The notes beneath the pieces are model-generated. The model was not told the DNA's origin. It ran no database searches and worked only from the letters and a program-made list of their open reading frames with translations. The position numbers and the translations under genes were made by a program. A stretch of DNA of 64,000 bases, taken from contig CAWFQB010000007.1 in assembly GCA_963817895.1 (NCBI GenBank), positions 1 to 64,000 on the forward strand, written 5' to 3'. Origin of the DNA: an uncultured Chthonomonadaceae bacterium. Its GTDB lineage: Bacteria > Armatimonadota > Chthonomonadetes > Chthonomonadales > Chthonomonadaceae. Positions 1 through 10,700 of the stretch are shown here, in pieces. Within the stretch, counting starts at the first letter, position 1. Each line of letters starts with the position of its first letter.

Positions 1-13
1 GTAAATAAGGTAC

Positions 14-57
14 TTCTACCCATCTACCTACCTACCCATCTACCTATCTACCTCCCT
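14..57. repeat. Degenerate short-period tandem repeat (CTACC/CTACCCAT-like), probably one arm of an inverted-repeat element cut by the window edge
   Basis: ttctacccatctacctacctacccatctacctatctacctccct lies immediately upstream of the first ATG. Confidence 0.5.
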
Positions 58-1095
58 ATGAAATCACTCGTATACAGCGCCATTAAAACAGTTACGATGG
101 AAGACCGGCCCGAACCCGCGCCGCGCCCGGACGAAGTTGTTTTGCAAGTGCGGGCGACCGGCATTTGCGGCTCGGATTTGGCCGGGTTTTTGGGCCATTC
201 ACCGCGTCGTCAACCGGGGTTAGTGTTGGGGCATGAGGCGGTGGGAACCATTGCGCAGATGCCCGCCGCGTCGCCATCCGAAGGCAGGGATTGGCCGTTC
301 GCGGTCGGGCAGCGGGTTGTCGTCAATCCGCTGATGCCGTGCGGCGATTGCGCGGCCTGTGATGCCGGACAAACGAACATCTGTATCGGCTGGCGCATTT
401 TGGGCATGGATAATGTTGCGGGCGCGTTCGCGGAGCGGGTTGCGGTTCCCGCCGCCAACGTTTTCGCCATTCCCGATACGCTTTCCGATGAACGCGCCGT
501 GATGATCGAACCGCTTGCCAACGGCGTTCACCTGTTCAACCTTATTGGGCGTCATCAGTTCGGCGCATTGGCGATTTTCGGCGCGGGAACGCAGGGCAGC
601 CTGCTGGTATCGCTCGCCCGGATGCTCGGCTATCGCGACATTGCCATTGTGGATGTCAATCCGCAGCGGCTGGAAGTGGCGCAGGGGTTGGGCGCGAAGT
701 ATCTCATCAATGCGCGGGACGGCGATCCGGTTGCCGCCATCAGAGCCGCGTTCGGCGGAAACGGCGCGGACATTGTGATTGACGCGCACGGCAGCGAAAT
801 TGCCCGTCAGTCCTGCGTCAACGCCTGCCGCAAAGGGGGCGAAATCCTCCTTCTCGGCCTGCACGAAACCTTCAGCCGCGTGGAATTCAACCTCATAGTC
901 CGCAACGAACTGCGCGTACAGGGTTCATTCGCGTATACGCCCCGCGACTTTGCCCAATCCAAAAAGCTCATCGAAAACGGCGACATAGACCTTGCCGCCT
1001 GGACGGAAGTTCTGACGTTTGAGCAGGGGCAGGCCGCCTTCGACAAACTCACCTCCGATCCCGGCGCAACCCTCAAAATCGCTCTGACGCCATAG
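58..1095 (+). CDS. Zinc-dependent medium-chain alcohol/polyol dehydrogenase
   Basis: GICGSD and GHE catalytic Zn motifs; CGDCAAC..C structural Zn cluster; GAGTQG Rossmann motif. Confidence 0.9.
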   Translation: MKSLVYSAIKTVTMEDRPEPAPRPDEVVLQVRATGICGSDLAGFLGHSPRRQPGLVLGHEAVGTIAQMPAASPSEGRDWPFAVGQRVVVNPLMPCGDCAACDAGQTNICIGWRILGMDNVAGAFAERVAVPAANVFAIPDTLSDERAVMIEPLANGVHLFNLIGRHQFGALAIFGAGTQGSLLVSLARMLGYRDIAIVDVNPQRLEVAQGLGAKYLINARDGDPVAAIRAAFGGNGADIVIDAHGSEIARQSCVNACRKGGEILLLGLHETFSRVEFNLIVRNELRVQGSFAYTPRDFAQSKKLIENGDIDLAAWTEVLTFEQGQAAFDKLTSDPGATLKIALTP

Positions 1096-1131
1096 AGGGT
1101 ATGGCAATAAAAGCGGAAGGGAAATAAAGCA

Positions 1132-1383
1132 ATGGCGACAACACTGGAAGAGCGCGTAAGCGCGTTGGAAGCGCAGGTAGCGCAACTCCTTGCAGAGAAA
1201 CAGACGGGAAATAGCCAGGTTCTCTGGTACGAGCGTTGGAAAGGAGCCTTTCAAGACGATGAAATGTATGATGAGGCAATGCGCTTAGGCGCGGAGTACC
1301 GACGCTCACAGCCAACAGCAGCGGAAGAAATCGAGGCGTTGGAAAGAGCAGGCATTTATGTACCCCTTCCTCCTGGAAAGTGA
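1132..1383 (+). CDS. Small hypothetical protein, antitoxin-like (coiled-coil N-terminus LEERVSALE)
   Basis: 83-aa ORF with upstream GGAAGG. Its pattern (LEERVxxLE..W..W.G.F.DD..YDEA.RLG.EYR) resembles small orphan antitoxin-like proteins. Confidence 0.6.
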   Translation: MATTLEERVSALEAQVAQLLAEKQTGNSQVLWYERWKGAFQDDEMYDEAMRLGAEYRRSQPTAAEEIEALERAGIYVPLPPGK

Positions 1384-1525
1384 CCGTATCTCCCTCATTG
1401 CTCGGTCTTCTAAATACAATTTCCTATGTAAAATTGGCTACGGCTTCACGCCCGCTCAGGGGAACATTCCTGAATCTTCCGCTTTCTAACGTACATCAAT
1501 CCAGTTATATGCGGAAGGAAGCGTC

Positions 1526-2011
1526 ATGGAGAGTCGTTCCAAGTTTTTAGGGCATCCCATTCACACCATTCTGATTGTATTTCCGCTTGGGCTGCTGTCA
1601 ACGGCGGTTATTTTTGCCGCGCTGTTTCTGGCGACTCACAACGCCGCGCTGTCGCAAACGGCCTTTTACATGACGGCGGCGGGCGTTGTCGGCGGTTTGG
1701 TGGCCGCGCCGTTCGGCTGGTGGGACTGGTTTTTCATACCTGCCGGAACACGCGCCAAATCGGTCGGCCTGCTGCACGGAGTTGGCAACGTTGTCGTGCT
1801 GCTGCTGTTCGCGCTGAGTTGGCTGCTGTGGCGTCCCGATCCCATGCAGCCGGGTACATTGCCCCTCGTTCTCGCCTTTGCCGGGTTCGCGCTTGCCGGA
1901 GTCACCGGATGGCTCGGCGGCGAGTTGGTAGATCGGCTTGGCATCGGCGTGGACAATGGAGCCAACCCCAACGCGCCCAGTTCGCTTTCAAAGCGTCCCG
2001 CCCAGCCCTAA
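1526..2011 (+). CDS. DUF2231-family membrane protein
   Basis: GHPIH..L..FPLG, LLHG..N and GWLGGELV motifs; four hydrophobic segments; AAGGAAG RBS. Confidence 0.85.
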   Translation: MESRSKFLGHPIHTILIVFPLGLLSTAVIFAALFLATHNAALSQTAFYMTAAGVVGGLVAAPFGWWDWFFIPAGTRAKSVGLLHGVGNVVVLLLFALSWLLWRPDPMQPGTLPLVLAFAGFALAGVTGWLGGELVDRLGIGVDNGANPNAPSSLSKRPAQP

Positions 2012-2032
2012 AACAGTATTCAGGAGTTGTAT

Positions 2033-2077
2033 TGAACCGGCGCGCAGGAAAAGGTATTTTCCTGTGCGCCGGTTTCA
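2033..2077. terminator. Probable bidirectional intrinsic terminator between convergent genes
   Basis: Hairpin aaccggcgcgcaggaaaa-ggta-ttttcctgtgcgccggtt. Confidence 0.7.
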
Positions 2078-2149
2078 TTGTTGTTACCGAGATGAGGAAG
2101 GGCGCAATGAATCGCTCCCCTACGAGTCGTTATTTCAATGGTACAGGTA

Positions 2150-3337
2150 TCAACCGTTGACGCGCTTGCGGCGTACCAGAAAGCCCGCGCCGGTCACAAC
2201 CATGCCTGCCAGCATCGCCACATTTCCCGGTTCCGGCACAACCCCGGGATCATTGGCTTTCGAGAAGTTGATGTCGAATTGCAGGTACTTGGGCGCGGAA
2301 AGGCCGCTCGGTCCCATGGGGCCATTCTTTTCCGTATATCCCGCGATAAACTGCGATACGGAACTGCTGGACGGGTCGAAGGCGTAAATGCCGTCGTTAT
2401 AGCCCGCTGTGACGTTGAAAGCGCCGCTTCCGCCGCCGCCGAGCGCGGCAATATAGAGTTTACCGTCCGGGCCGATGTTGTTGCCGAAGGTGAATTCCAG
2501 GGCGTTGTTGGACGCGCTGCCGGTGTAACCCTTTGTCGGGTCCAGCGTGGCGACCAGAGTGCCGCTGTTGTCCGCCAGCGTATAGTGTTGTATGCTGTCG
2601 GGGCCACCCTGCGCGTTGTTATTCACGTACAGCGAACCGTCGGAGGCGACCGACAGGCCGGTGGGCCGGAAGCCACTGGTATGCGCGATCAAATCCTGCT
2701 TGTAGGTGAGATTGGAGTCCAGCCGGATCACTTTCGCGCTGCCGTTCGCGTAGTTGGCGGCGTAAATGTCGCCGTTGGCGGCGATTGCCAGATCGTGCGC
2801 CCCGGCAAACTGATAATTAGCAACGATATTGCCGGTTTTCAGGTCTATTTTCACAATGTATCCCGCTGTTTCCAGCGGAGCGTACAGGAACTTCGCGTCC
2901 GGCGTGACCAGGACGTTGCCGATACCGACATTGCCGCCATTGTAGCTGCTGAAGTTAATGGGAATGGTGCCGATAAGGTTCCCGTTCAGGTCATAGCGAG
3001 TGATGTTCGTCACCGCGTTGCCATGACTGCCGCCGACAACAATCAGATCGTTGGCGGTTCCGTTGACGCCCTCTTTGATGGGCGCGGAACTGCTGCCCAG
3101 AAAGAACGCGTTGGAAGTGTTGTTGCCGATGCCATAAGCCGTAACGCCTGTGATTTTGTTGGTGGTCTGGTTATAGGTGTACTGGTAGCGATCCAAAACA
3201 GACTTGCCATAATCGCTCACGTATAAGAGACCGGTGACTGTCGTGTCCGCATGGGTGACGGAGGCGAGTGAGGCAAGGCCCAAGCCAAGTCCCACAGCAA
3301 AAAGTCGTTGAAGGTTGTTGGTTCTGTTGTTAGTCAA
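2150..3337 (-). CDS. PEP-CTERM sorting-domain secreted beta-propeller-like protein
   Basis: C-terminal VPEP + TM helix + RRKR; signal peptide ending in THA-D; start reassigned to TTG at 3337 behind AGGA (ORF track starts at 3481). Confidence 0.85.
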   Translation of the reverse strand: MTNNRTNNLQRLFAVGLGLGLASLASVTHADTTVTGLLYVSDYGKSVLDRYQYTYNQTTNKITGVTAYGIGNNTSNAFFLGSSSAPIKEGVNGTANDLIVVGGSHGNAVTNITRYDLNGNLIGTIPINFSSYNGGNVGIGNVLVTPDAKFLYAPLETAGYIVKIDLKTGNIVANYQFAGAHDLAIAANGDIYAANYANGSAKVIRLDSNLTYKQDLIAHTSGFRPTGLSVASDGSLYVNNNAQGGPDSIQHYTLADNSGTLVATLDPTKGYTGSASNNALEFTFGNNIGPDGKLYIAALGGGGSGAFNVTAGYNDGIYAFDPSSSSVSQFIAGYTEKNGPMGPSGLSAPKYLQFDINFSKANDPGVVPEPGNVAMLAGMVVTGAGFLVRRKRVNG

Positions 3338-3797
3338 TCTGCCGTCCTGTAAAAAGGGAATGAGACCATCGCAGCAAATGCGGCGGCGCTCTGGTTGCGA
3401 TACGGCGATTGGCCGGACGGGTTTAATAGCGGTATTCCCTTGCCCCTGTTCAGGGGAACGCTGCGCAGGAATACCGCCCATCCCGGTTTGTCGCCACTCC
3501 CTTTATTGGCAAGATTTATGCCGTATTGACCCGTATTCATGCTAAAAAGGTACTGTTGCGTGGCAGAAATAGTATGTTTACAGAGGGCCAGCGGCGTAGC
3601 TTAACGACTTGCATGGCATTGTGATAGGCCGGTATGGATACTTCAAGGGTTTATATTGCCCATCTTTATTTCTGAACACAAATATTTTGCTCCCTTGTAT
3701 TTTTCGTCTCTGGTCGCTCTCCTTAGTAGTGAGCCGCTGAAACACAATGTTTCGGAAGGGCGCGGATGATTACAGGATCATCACAGGGAGAAACATC

Positions 3798-4304
3798 ATG
3801 AGAAGCTTCACACGTTTTTACGCGGCATTGGCTTGCTGTTTGGCACTGATGACATTGGGCGCGGGACAGGCGCAGGCACAAAGGGGTGGAAGCGGCGGCG
3901 GAGGCGGAGGCGGTGGCTCTACCGTCAACACGGCCACTCCTCTCCTCTTCAACTACATCGCCTCAATCAATGGCGCGACGCCGAGTTGTTCCGGCGACTT
4001 CACGCTGACAAACTCTATTCCCGGCTACTACACATGGTCAACGGTGAATATTTCGGTCAAAGCGAAGTCGCTCAATCTTCCCGACAACACGACTCTCACT
4101 GTCACTATTTATACGAGCGACAAAGTAACCGGTGAAATTTTCGCGCCTGTGCAGATGGCTCCTATGGTTGTGCTGAAGCAGGTCGGAACCGCAAGGTCCG
4201 CGACGAGCATCTTCAATTATACAGCCAACCAGATTGTACGCCAGCTTGATTGGGTTGTTGTGACCACTGCGGATGGAACGGTTGTCTTCAGCGCCCATCC
4301 GTAA
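3798..4304 (+). CDS. Secreted hypothetical protein with Gly-rich linker
   Basis: GGGAG RBS before ATG 3798; signal peptide ending in AQA; poly-Gly linker followed by a beta-rich domain. Confidence 0.7.
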   Translation: MRSFTRFYAALACCLALMTLGAGQAQAQRGGSGGGGGGGGSTVNTATPLLFNYIASINGATPSCSGDFTLTNSIPGYYTWSTVNISVKAKSLNLPDNTTLTVTIYTSDKVTGEIFAPVQMAPMVVLKQVGTARSATSIFNYTANQIVRQLDWVVVTTADGTVVFSAHP

Positions 4305-4403
4305 GAGTGGCAGGACAACTACTCCTGCATTGAGAGGAATTGCCGGATTGTCGGACTTCGCAAGAAGGAGATTGAACTCCATCGGTAGAAATAGTTTTCT
4401 GTG

Positions 4404-4446
4404 AACCGATAAAGTCTCACCTGTTCAGGATGAGACTTTATCGGTT
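4404..4446. terminator. Strong hairpin (terminator or REP-like)
   Basis: aaccgataaagtctca ... tgagactttatcggtt, perfect 16-bp stem. Confidence 0.55.
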
Positions 4447-4518
4447 ACAGATTGCTATAACTCCGATTGGTTAGTTTCAGTTCGAAACCAACCAATCCGC
4501 TGGAAATTCATCTCAACT

Positions 4519-5697
4519 ATGCAAGCCCTCACTCCCGCTAACGAACCCGAACGCCTTGCGGCATTGCGCCGATACGCCATTCTGGATACGCCACAGGAAC
4601 AAGCCTTCGACGATATTACCCGTCTGATTGCCACCATCTGTCACGCGCCCATTGCCGTTGTCAACCTCATTGACCGAGAGCGGCAATGGTTCAAATCCGA
4701 GATCGGGCTGGGCGTTCGGGAAACCCCGCTCGATATTTCCATTTGCGCCCACGCCCTGCTTCAACCCGGACTTTTTATTGTGCCGGATACCACGCAAGAC
4801 GAACGCTTCGCGAACAATCCCCTTGTGACCGGCGAGCCGAAACTGCGCTTCTATGCCGGGGCGCTGCTGGAAACCCCGGAGGGCTATCCTCTGGGAACGC
4901 TATGCGTACTGGACTACAAGCCGCGCGAGTTGACCGAGGATCAGAAGGAGGCGCTGCTGATCTTAGCCCGTCAGGTGATGGCGCAGATGGAGTTGCGCGT
5001 CAGGGTGGCGGAAAGCGCGGACCTGAACGAACGGCTGCGGCGGGCTATGGCGGAGTCGCACCATCGCATCAAAAACAGTTTTCAGATGATTACCGCGCTG
5101 ATCGAGATACAACTGCGGGAGGGGCGAGAACACATTCCGGTTAGCGAGTACCAGAAACTCAAATTGCATGTAACGACGCTTGCCGCCATTCATGATCTGC
5201 TCACCAGAGAGGCGAAAGCCGCCGAAGCCTTCGGGTATATTTCCGTGAAGGAGAGCATGGACAAGCTGCTGCCTCTCCTGCAACGGACGATTGGAACCCG
5301 CCACATTCATGCCAACGTGGAAGACGCGCTGCTGCCGCTGAAGCAGGGGGTTTCGTTCGCCCTGCTGGTAAGCGAACTTGTGAGCAATTCCGTCAAGCAT
5401 GCGGTCGGTGAGGTGCGCGTCGAAGTTTCGGTGGCGGAGCAAATGCTGTGTCTGACAGTGAGCGATGATGGAACCGGGTTCCCCGCCAATTTTGATCCGC
5501 TTGCGGCTGCCAACACCGGACTGGAACTGGTGGAGAGTTTCGCCCGTTACGACCTGCGCGGAACCACCCGGTACGGCAATCGCCCCGAAGGAGGCGGGCA
5601 AGTGACCGCGCGTTTCCCCTTGCCGGAAGTAGAAGCCGTCGTGACCGCCAGAAACCTGAGCGCGTCCGTTCTACCAGTCCCCAAACAAACTGCATAA
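4519..5697 (+). CDS. GAF-domain sensor histidine kinase (HisKA_2/HWE-like)
   Basis: GAF motifs (NPLVTGEPKLRFYAGALL, LGTLCVLD); H-box ESHHRIKN; ELVSNSVKHA N-box; DDGTG; GLELV. Confidence 0.9.
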   Translation: MQALTPANEPERLAALRRYAILDTPQEQAFDDITRLIATICHAPIAVVNLIDRERQWFKSEIGLGVRETPLDISICAHALLQPGLFIVPDTTQDERFANNPLVTGEPKLRFYAGALLETPEGYPLGTLCVLDYKPRELTEDQKEALLILARQVMAQMELRVRVAESADLNERLRRAMAESHHRIKNSFQMITALIEIQLREGREHIPVSEYQKLKLHVTTLAAIHDLLTREAKAAEAFGYISVKESMDKLLPLLQRTIGTRHIHANVEDALLPLKQGVSFALLVSELVSNSVKHAVGEVRVEVSVAEQMLCLTVSDDGTGFPANFDPLAAANTGLELVESFARYDLRGTTRYGNRPEGGGQVTARFPLPEVEAVVTARNLSASVLPVPKQTA

Positions 5698-5860
5698 TTT
5701 TGGTTTTCAATGCACACCTACAAACATCATGGAGATACGAACAAACCAGATATTCGCGTTGTAGCGGCTTTTTTCCTGTACGGACATTCGTCTGCGTAGG
5801 AGATTGGCGCGGACAGAGACGACTTTTTGTTCTTCGCAACAAATGGGCTTCGCGCCCTCT

Positions 5861-6496
5861 TTATCGCGCTCGTCGGCGTTGTGGGGCAGGCACGAAGCGC
5901 GCGAAATCGCCGGGAACCACATCGCCCAGATCACAGATGGGGAACAGGGGAACGCCCACCTTATCAAAAGCAACGGCAACAAACTCGCCACAGGAGTATT
6001 TGTCGCGGGGCGTGTAGTTGAAGTGGATAAAACGACAGAGACGATCCAGGATAATTACGCCGACATCCAGATCATCATAAGCATCGCCCACCTGGGTTTG
6101 CGCCCATGCCAGAGCGTCTTCCCCTTTACCTTCGGGCGCAGGAGCCACAACGAAATCGTTTTCGCGTCCCCATAAATCCTGACTCACCACGCCGGGTGTC
6201 CGGGCTTCCACCGTTCTGCCCTCTCCGGCATAGAGAGCGGCATGGTAGAAGGGCGAGCCGGTAAAACCGGTAATCAGGCGGTTCAGTCCCCGCGCATTGT
6301 GAAAGAGCAGAATGTCGCCGGGTTTCGGGGTAGGAACCGGAACCGGCTTTTCCGCAGACGAGTTGCCTGGCAACTGACTGGCGAGGGCGCGGCGCTTGCG
6401 CAGGTAAAGAAGGCCACCGGCTCCTGCTCCAATGCCCAGAAACAGCCAAAATAAAGTTTGAGAAAACCTCTTTTTCGTATTCGGGGGCAATGCCAC
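5861..6496 (-). CDS. Membrane-anchored permuted papain-like (YiiX/YebB, NlpC/P60) enzyme
   Basis: PGDILL, FYHAALY (His before Cys) and YSCGEFV; N-terminal TM helix. Confidence 0.8.
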   Translation of the reverse strand: MALPPNTKKRFSQTLFWLFLGIGAGAGGLLYLRKRRALASQLPGNSSAEKPVPVPTPKPGDILLFHNARGLNRLITGFTGSPFYHAALYAGEGRTVEARTPGVVSQDLWGRENDFVVAPAPEGKGEDALAWAQTQVGDAYDDLDVGVIILDRLCRFIHFNYTPRDKYSCGEFVAVAFDKVGVPLFPICDLGDVVPGDFARFVPAPQRRRAR

Positions 6497-6705
6497 TCTC
6501 CTGCCATTGATTCGTGTCCCTGTCGGCTCACAAGTTTCGGATTGAGTTTAAGAGTGTAATAGTGTACCCGAAAGACAGGCGCGAACATGGAACAGCAGGG
6601 CTACCTCCAGGGCCGGCCCTGATCACTTGTCTTACGCCTGCCGAACCGGAAGAAAAATATGCCAGAATAGGAACCTGTAGTCATTAGAATGATATAATAA
6701 TAGGC

Positions 6706-7296
6706 ATGGACAACACATTGCCGACCCTGCCGCAGATTGTAGTCATCGGCGGGCCGAACGGCGCGGGCAAATCTACTATTGCCACGCGCATTATTCCGCC
6801 GACAATGGAATTCGTCAACGCGGATGAAATCGCCAAAACGCTGGCGGATACCGTGACGGACGGCGTCAACTTTCGCGCCGGTCGCCTCGCCTTATAGCGT
6901 CTGGACGAACTGGAAGCCGAACGCGCCGACATCGCCATAGAAACCACGCTCGCCAGCCGAACCCTCGCGCCCCGTATTCAGCGCCTGCGCGAGAATGGAT
7001 ACGTGTTCAGTTTGTTCTATATGTGGGTTCCAGATGTGGAAGTGTCCATTGCTCGTGTCGCGGCGCGTGTTCGCAATGGCGGACACGACATTCCCGAAGA
7101 TGTAATTCGCCGCCGCTATGTGGCTGGCCTGCGAAACTTTTTCCACATCTATATGCCGCTTGCCGATCTATGGGGCTTTTATGTCAACACAAATTTCGGG
7201 CAGCCGGATATTATTGCTGAAAGCGATATGTCCGGCAATGCGCAAATCTATGATGCGCCGTTGTGGCAGCGAGTTCAGGAGATAGCAGGAAGATGA
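6706..7296 (+). pseudogene. Zeta-toxin-like/COG4185 P-loop ATPase interrupted by one in-frame TAG (6895-6897)
   Basis: GGPNGAGKST and FVNADEIA before the stop; the same frame continues with IETTLAS, RVAARVRNGGHDIPEDVIRRRY. Confidence 0.8.
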
Positions 7297-7490
7297 GTGA
7301 AGTAATCATTCGCCCCGCCGCGTCCATCTTTGCTAATCGCGACAAAATACATCGGCTTATGCGGGAAGCGGTAGTAGACGCGCTGCGAGACAACAAAGAA
7401 GCCGGTAATCCCATCGCCGTCTGGGAAGACGGCAAAGTGAAGATTATTCCGCCGGAAGATATTGTGCTGCCGCCTTTATCTGAGCCATGA
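7293..7490 (+). CDS. Small partner protein of the zeta-like ATPase (antitoxin-like)
   Basis: ATGA overlap with the ATPase stop; AV..AL...K.AGNPIAVWEDGKV..IPPE pattern typical of such partners. Confidence 0.7.
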   Translation: MSEVIIRPAASIFANRDKIHRLMREAVVDALRDNKEAGNPIAVWEDGKVKIIPPEDIVLPPLSEP

Positions 7491-7634
7491 TTGTCTTGAA
7501 CCCTGATTTTTATGATTTAAGGATTGCCATGATGATGCGGCCAACCTGTGCCTTGATCTTAAACGAGAGAGCAGGATTGAAGCGGGGTTTAATCCTGTTC
7601 ATCCTCTAATCCTGAAAATCAGGGTTCAAGACAA
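7491..7634. repeat. MITE-like element with perfect 20-bp terminal inverted repeats TTGTCTTGAACCCTGATTTT
   Basis: 7491-7510 is the exact reverse complement of 7615-7634; internal GATT/AATC periodic repeats; related copy at 47668-47770. Confidence 0.8.
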
Positions 7635-7672
7635 AGGGAAACTTTGCGGGCGTCTGACTCCGTAACGAACTG

Positions 7673-7681
7673 TGGTATAAT
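7673..7681 (+). promoter_or_regulatory. Extended -10 promoter of secA
   Basis: TGgTATAAT about 100 bp upstream of the secA start. Confidence 0.55.
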
Positions 7682-7780
7682 TAGGGGCAGTTAGTCCTAA
7701 ATTCAAATTTTCCGGTTGCTTTAATCCGCCTGCGGCTCGCTTTCGCGCCTGCCGCGCTATTGCATGAGGTGAAATCCGAC

Positions 7781-10700
7781 ATGGTTGCTTTGCCGAGCTT
7801 TATCAGCAAATTCTTCGACGCCAACGCCCGCGACATTGCGAAATACCAGTTGACGGTCGCCAAAATCAACGCGCTTGAACCGCAGATGAAAAAACTGACG
7901 GAAGAGCAGATACGCGCCAAAACGGAGGAACTGCGTAAGCGCGTTCAGGACGAGTACAAGGCCAAACGCGCCGAAGCGGAACCCGGCTGGGCCATCCTTG
8001 ACACGGATCAAAAGCGGCGAGAAGCTGACCGCCACATTTATACCCCGATTCTGGACAGCGTTCTGCCCGAAGCGTTTGCGCTTGTGCGCGAAGTGACTAC
8101 GCGGACGCTTGGCCTGCGCCATTACGATGTACAAATGATCGGCGGCATGGTGTTGCACGACGGGCGCATCGCCGAAATGCGAACGGGTGAGGGCAAAACG
8201 CTTGTCGCCACCTGCCCCATGTACCTCAACGCCCTGCTCGGTAAAGGGGCGCACCTTGTCACGGCCAACGACTATCTGAGCAAGCGCGACGCCATCTGGA
8301 ACGGGCCTGTCTATCACATGCTCGGCATGAGCGTGGGTATCGTGCAGGGACAATCTCCCGAATCCGGCGATGAGGGCGGCACGTTCATCTACGATCCCGA
8401 TTACGACGATCCACACTCCACATATGCCCGCTCGCTCGATAGCCGCAAGGAAGCCTACGACTGCGATATTACCTACGGCACGAACAACGAGTATGGCTTC
8501 GACTACCTGCGCGACAACATGGAGTTCAGCAAGGACGAACTGCGCCAGCGCGAACTGCATTACGCCATTGTGGACGAAGTAGACAGTATCCTGATTGACG
8601 AGGCGCGTACCCCGCTGATTATTTCGGGCATGGTGGAGCAATCTACGGATAAGTACCACGTCATGGATAAAGTCGTCGCGCTGATGAAAAAGGGCATTGA
8701 CGACCCCAAAAGCGACAAGGACAACCCCAACGCCGACAAACTGAACCCGAACATTCACTATGTCGTGGACGAAAAGGCCAAAACCGCCACGATTACGGAC
8801 GCGGGCGTGGAGTTCGTCGAAAAGGCATTGGGCTACGAGAACCTGTCCGACAACCACGAAATGATGCACTACTTGCAGGCCAGCCTGAAAGCGCACGGCG
8901 TGTTCCGCAAGGACATTGACTACGTTATCAAGACGGTCAAGGAAGAGGACGGCCCGGAAATCATCATCGTAGATGAGAACACGGGGCGGCTGATGTTCGG
9001 GCGGCGCTATTCGGACGGCCTGCATCAGGCGATTGAGGCCAAAGAGCATGTGGAGGTGAAAAACGAGTCGCAGACATTGGCGACGATCACCTTCCAGAAC
9101 TATTTCCGGCTTTACAGCAAGCTGGGCGGCATGACGGGCACGGCGCGAACCGAAGAGGAAGAGTTCCGCAAAATCTATGCGCTTGACGTAGTACAGGTTC
9201 CGACCAATAAACCCATTTTGCGCAACGATCTTGCCGACGTGATTTACAAGACGGAAGAGCATAAAGTCCGGGGCATCACGGCGGAAATCCTGCGCATTTA
9301 TTGCAAGCAGCAGCCGCTTCTGGTGGGAACCCGTTCGATTGAAATGAGTGAGCGCGTCAGCCGCCGCATGAACCCGGCTCTGCTGTCCCTGCGCTGTCTG
9401 ATTGAAGTGGCGCACGAGAAGCTGGAACTGAGCAAATCCGTTGACCCGGCCAAAAAGAAAGAGTACGTGGCCCTGCTCAACACGCCAATGGAGGCTTACA
9501 TCAAGTTGGAGGGCGAGGAGGGCAAGCAGTCCGCCCGCCGTATGCCGCCCATTGGCCCCAATCAACTCAAACCCATTTTCAAAGAACTGGGCATGAGCGA
9601 AAAAGCCCTTGATCCGGCGAACATGACCGAAATTATGCGGATATTCGAGATCGCCGAGGGCAGCAAGGAACTGTTGGAAGACGCGCTCACACACGGCATC
9701 CCGCACAACATTCTCAATGCCAAGTTCCATGAGCAGGAAGCCATCATCATCGCCGAAGCCGGACGCAAGGGTTCCGTGACGATTGCGACCAACATGGCCG
9801 GACGCGGCGTTGACATTCTGCTCGGCGGCAAGCACATCAATCAGGAGTTGCCACCGGTAGACGGCACGGCGGTATCGCTTGCCCGCGCCGAAAAAGTGGC
9901 GGAATCGTTTGACGAAGCCAGCGAGGGCGAGGATGCGGAAACCGAAGCCCCGGACGAGAGCAACTACCGACGGTTCGGCAAGGGCGGCGTGCTGGACGCG
10001 GTGACAACCGGCGCCCTGACGGATGAGGAACACAAAAAGGCCGGGGACGAGGTACGGCGATTGGGCGGCCTGTTCATCTTAGGCACGGAGCGCCACGAAA
10101 GCCGCCGCATTGACAACCAGTTGCGCGGACGCGCGGGACGGCAGGGCGATCCGGGCGAAAGCCGCTTCTTCGTGTCGCTTGAAGACGAATTGTGGCGGCT
10201 GTTCGGGGATCGCGCCAACCATCCCCTGCTGCGAACGTGGGACGAGCATCTGGCAATGGACGCGCGTTTGCTTTCTCGCATGATCGAAAACGCGCAGAAG
10301 AAGGTGGAATCGCACTACTTCGAGTCGCGCAAAAACGTGCTGAACTACGACGACGTGATGAACCGGCAGCGCGAGTTGATTTACAAGGAGCGACGCCGCG
10401 TTCTGGAAGGCGTAGACCTGCGCGACACGATTCTGCACTACATTCAGGAGAACATTGAGGGCGCGGTTCGCATCTACACGCCGCCGGACGTGCCGCAAAA
10501 CGAATGGGACTTGGACGAACTGTTCCGGGAACTGGACGAGTATTTCATGCTCTTCCCGGTTCTGTCCGTCAACGACTTGCAGGGCAAGACCCGCGAACAG
10601 ATGATTCAGTTCCTGAGCGACCATATCAGCAACGTGTACGAGTCCCGCGAGCGCGAAATGGAGGAGATGGAGCCGGGGCAGATGCGGCAGATGGAGCGCT

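Noticed and set aside
6895..6897. TAG recoding or amber read-through as a genome-wide code change
   Set aside because: secA, ppc and others end at TAG exactly at their conserved C-termini, so TAG is a normal stop.
9360..9695. Intein in SecA
   Set aside because: No N-terminal Cys/Ser splice block, no His-Asn C-terminal junction and no LAGLIDADG motifs.
7757..10033. Long antisense ORFs (758 aa here; also 2138-3226, 26492-28237, 32945-34771, 61448-63400)
   Set aside because: They lie opposite well-supported genes, have no recognisable motifs, and are expected shadows of GC-rich codon usage.
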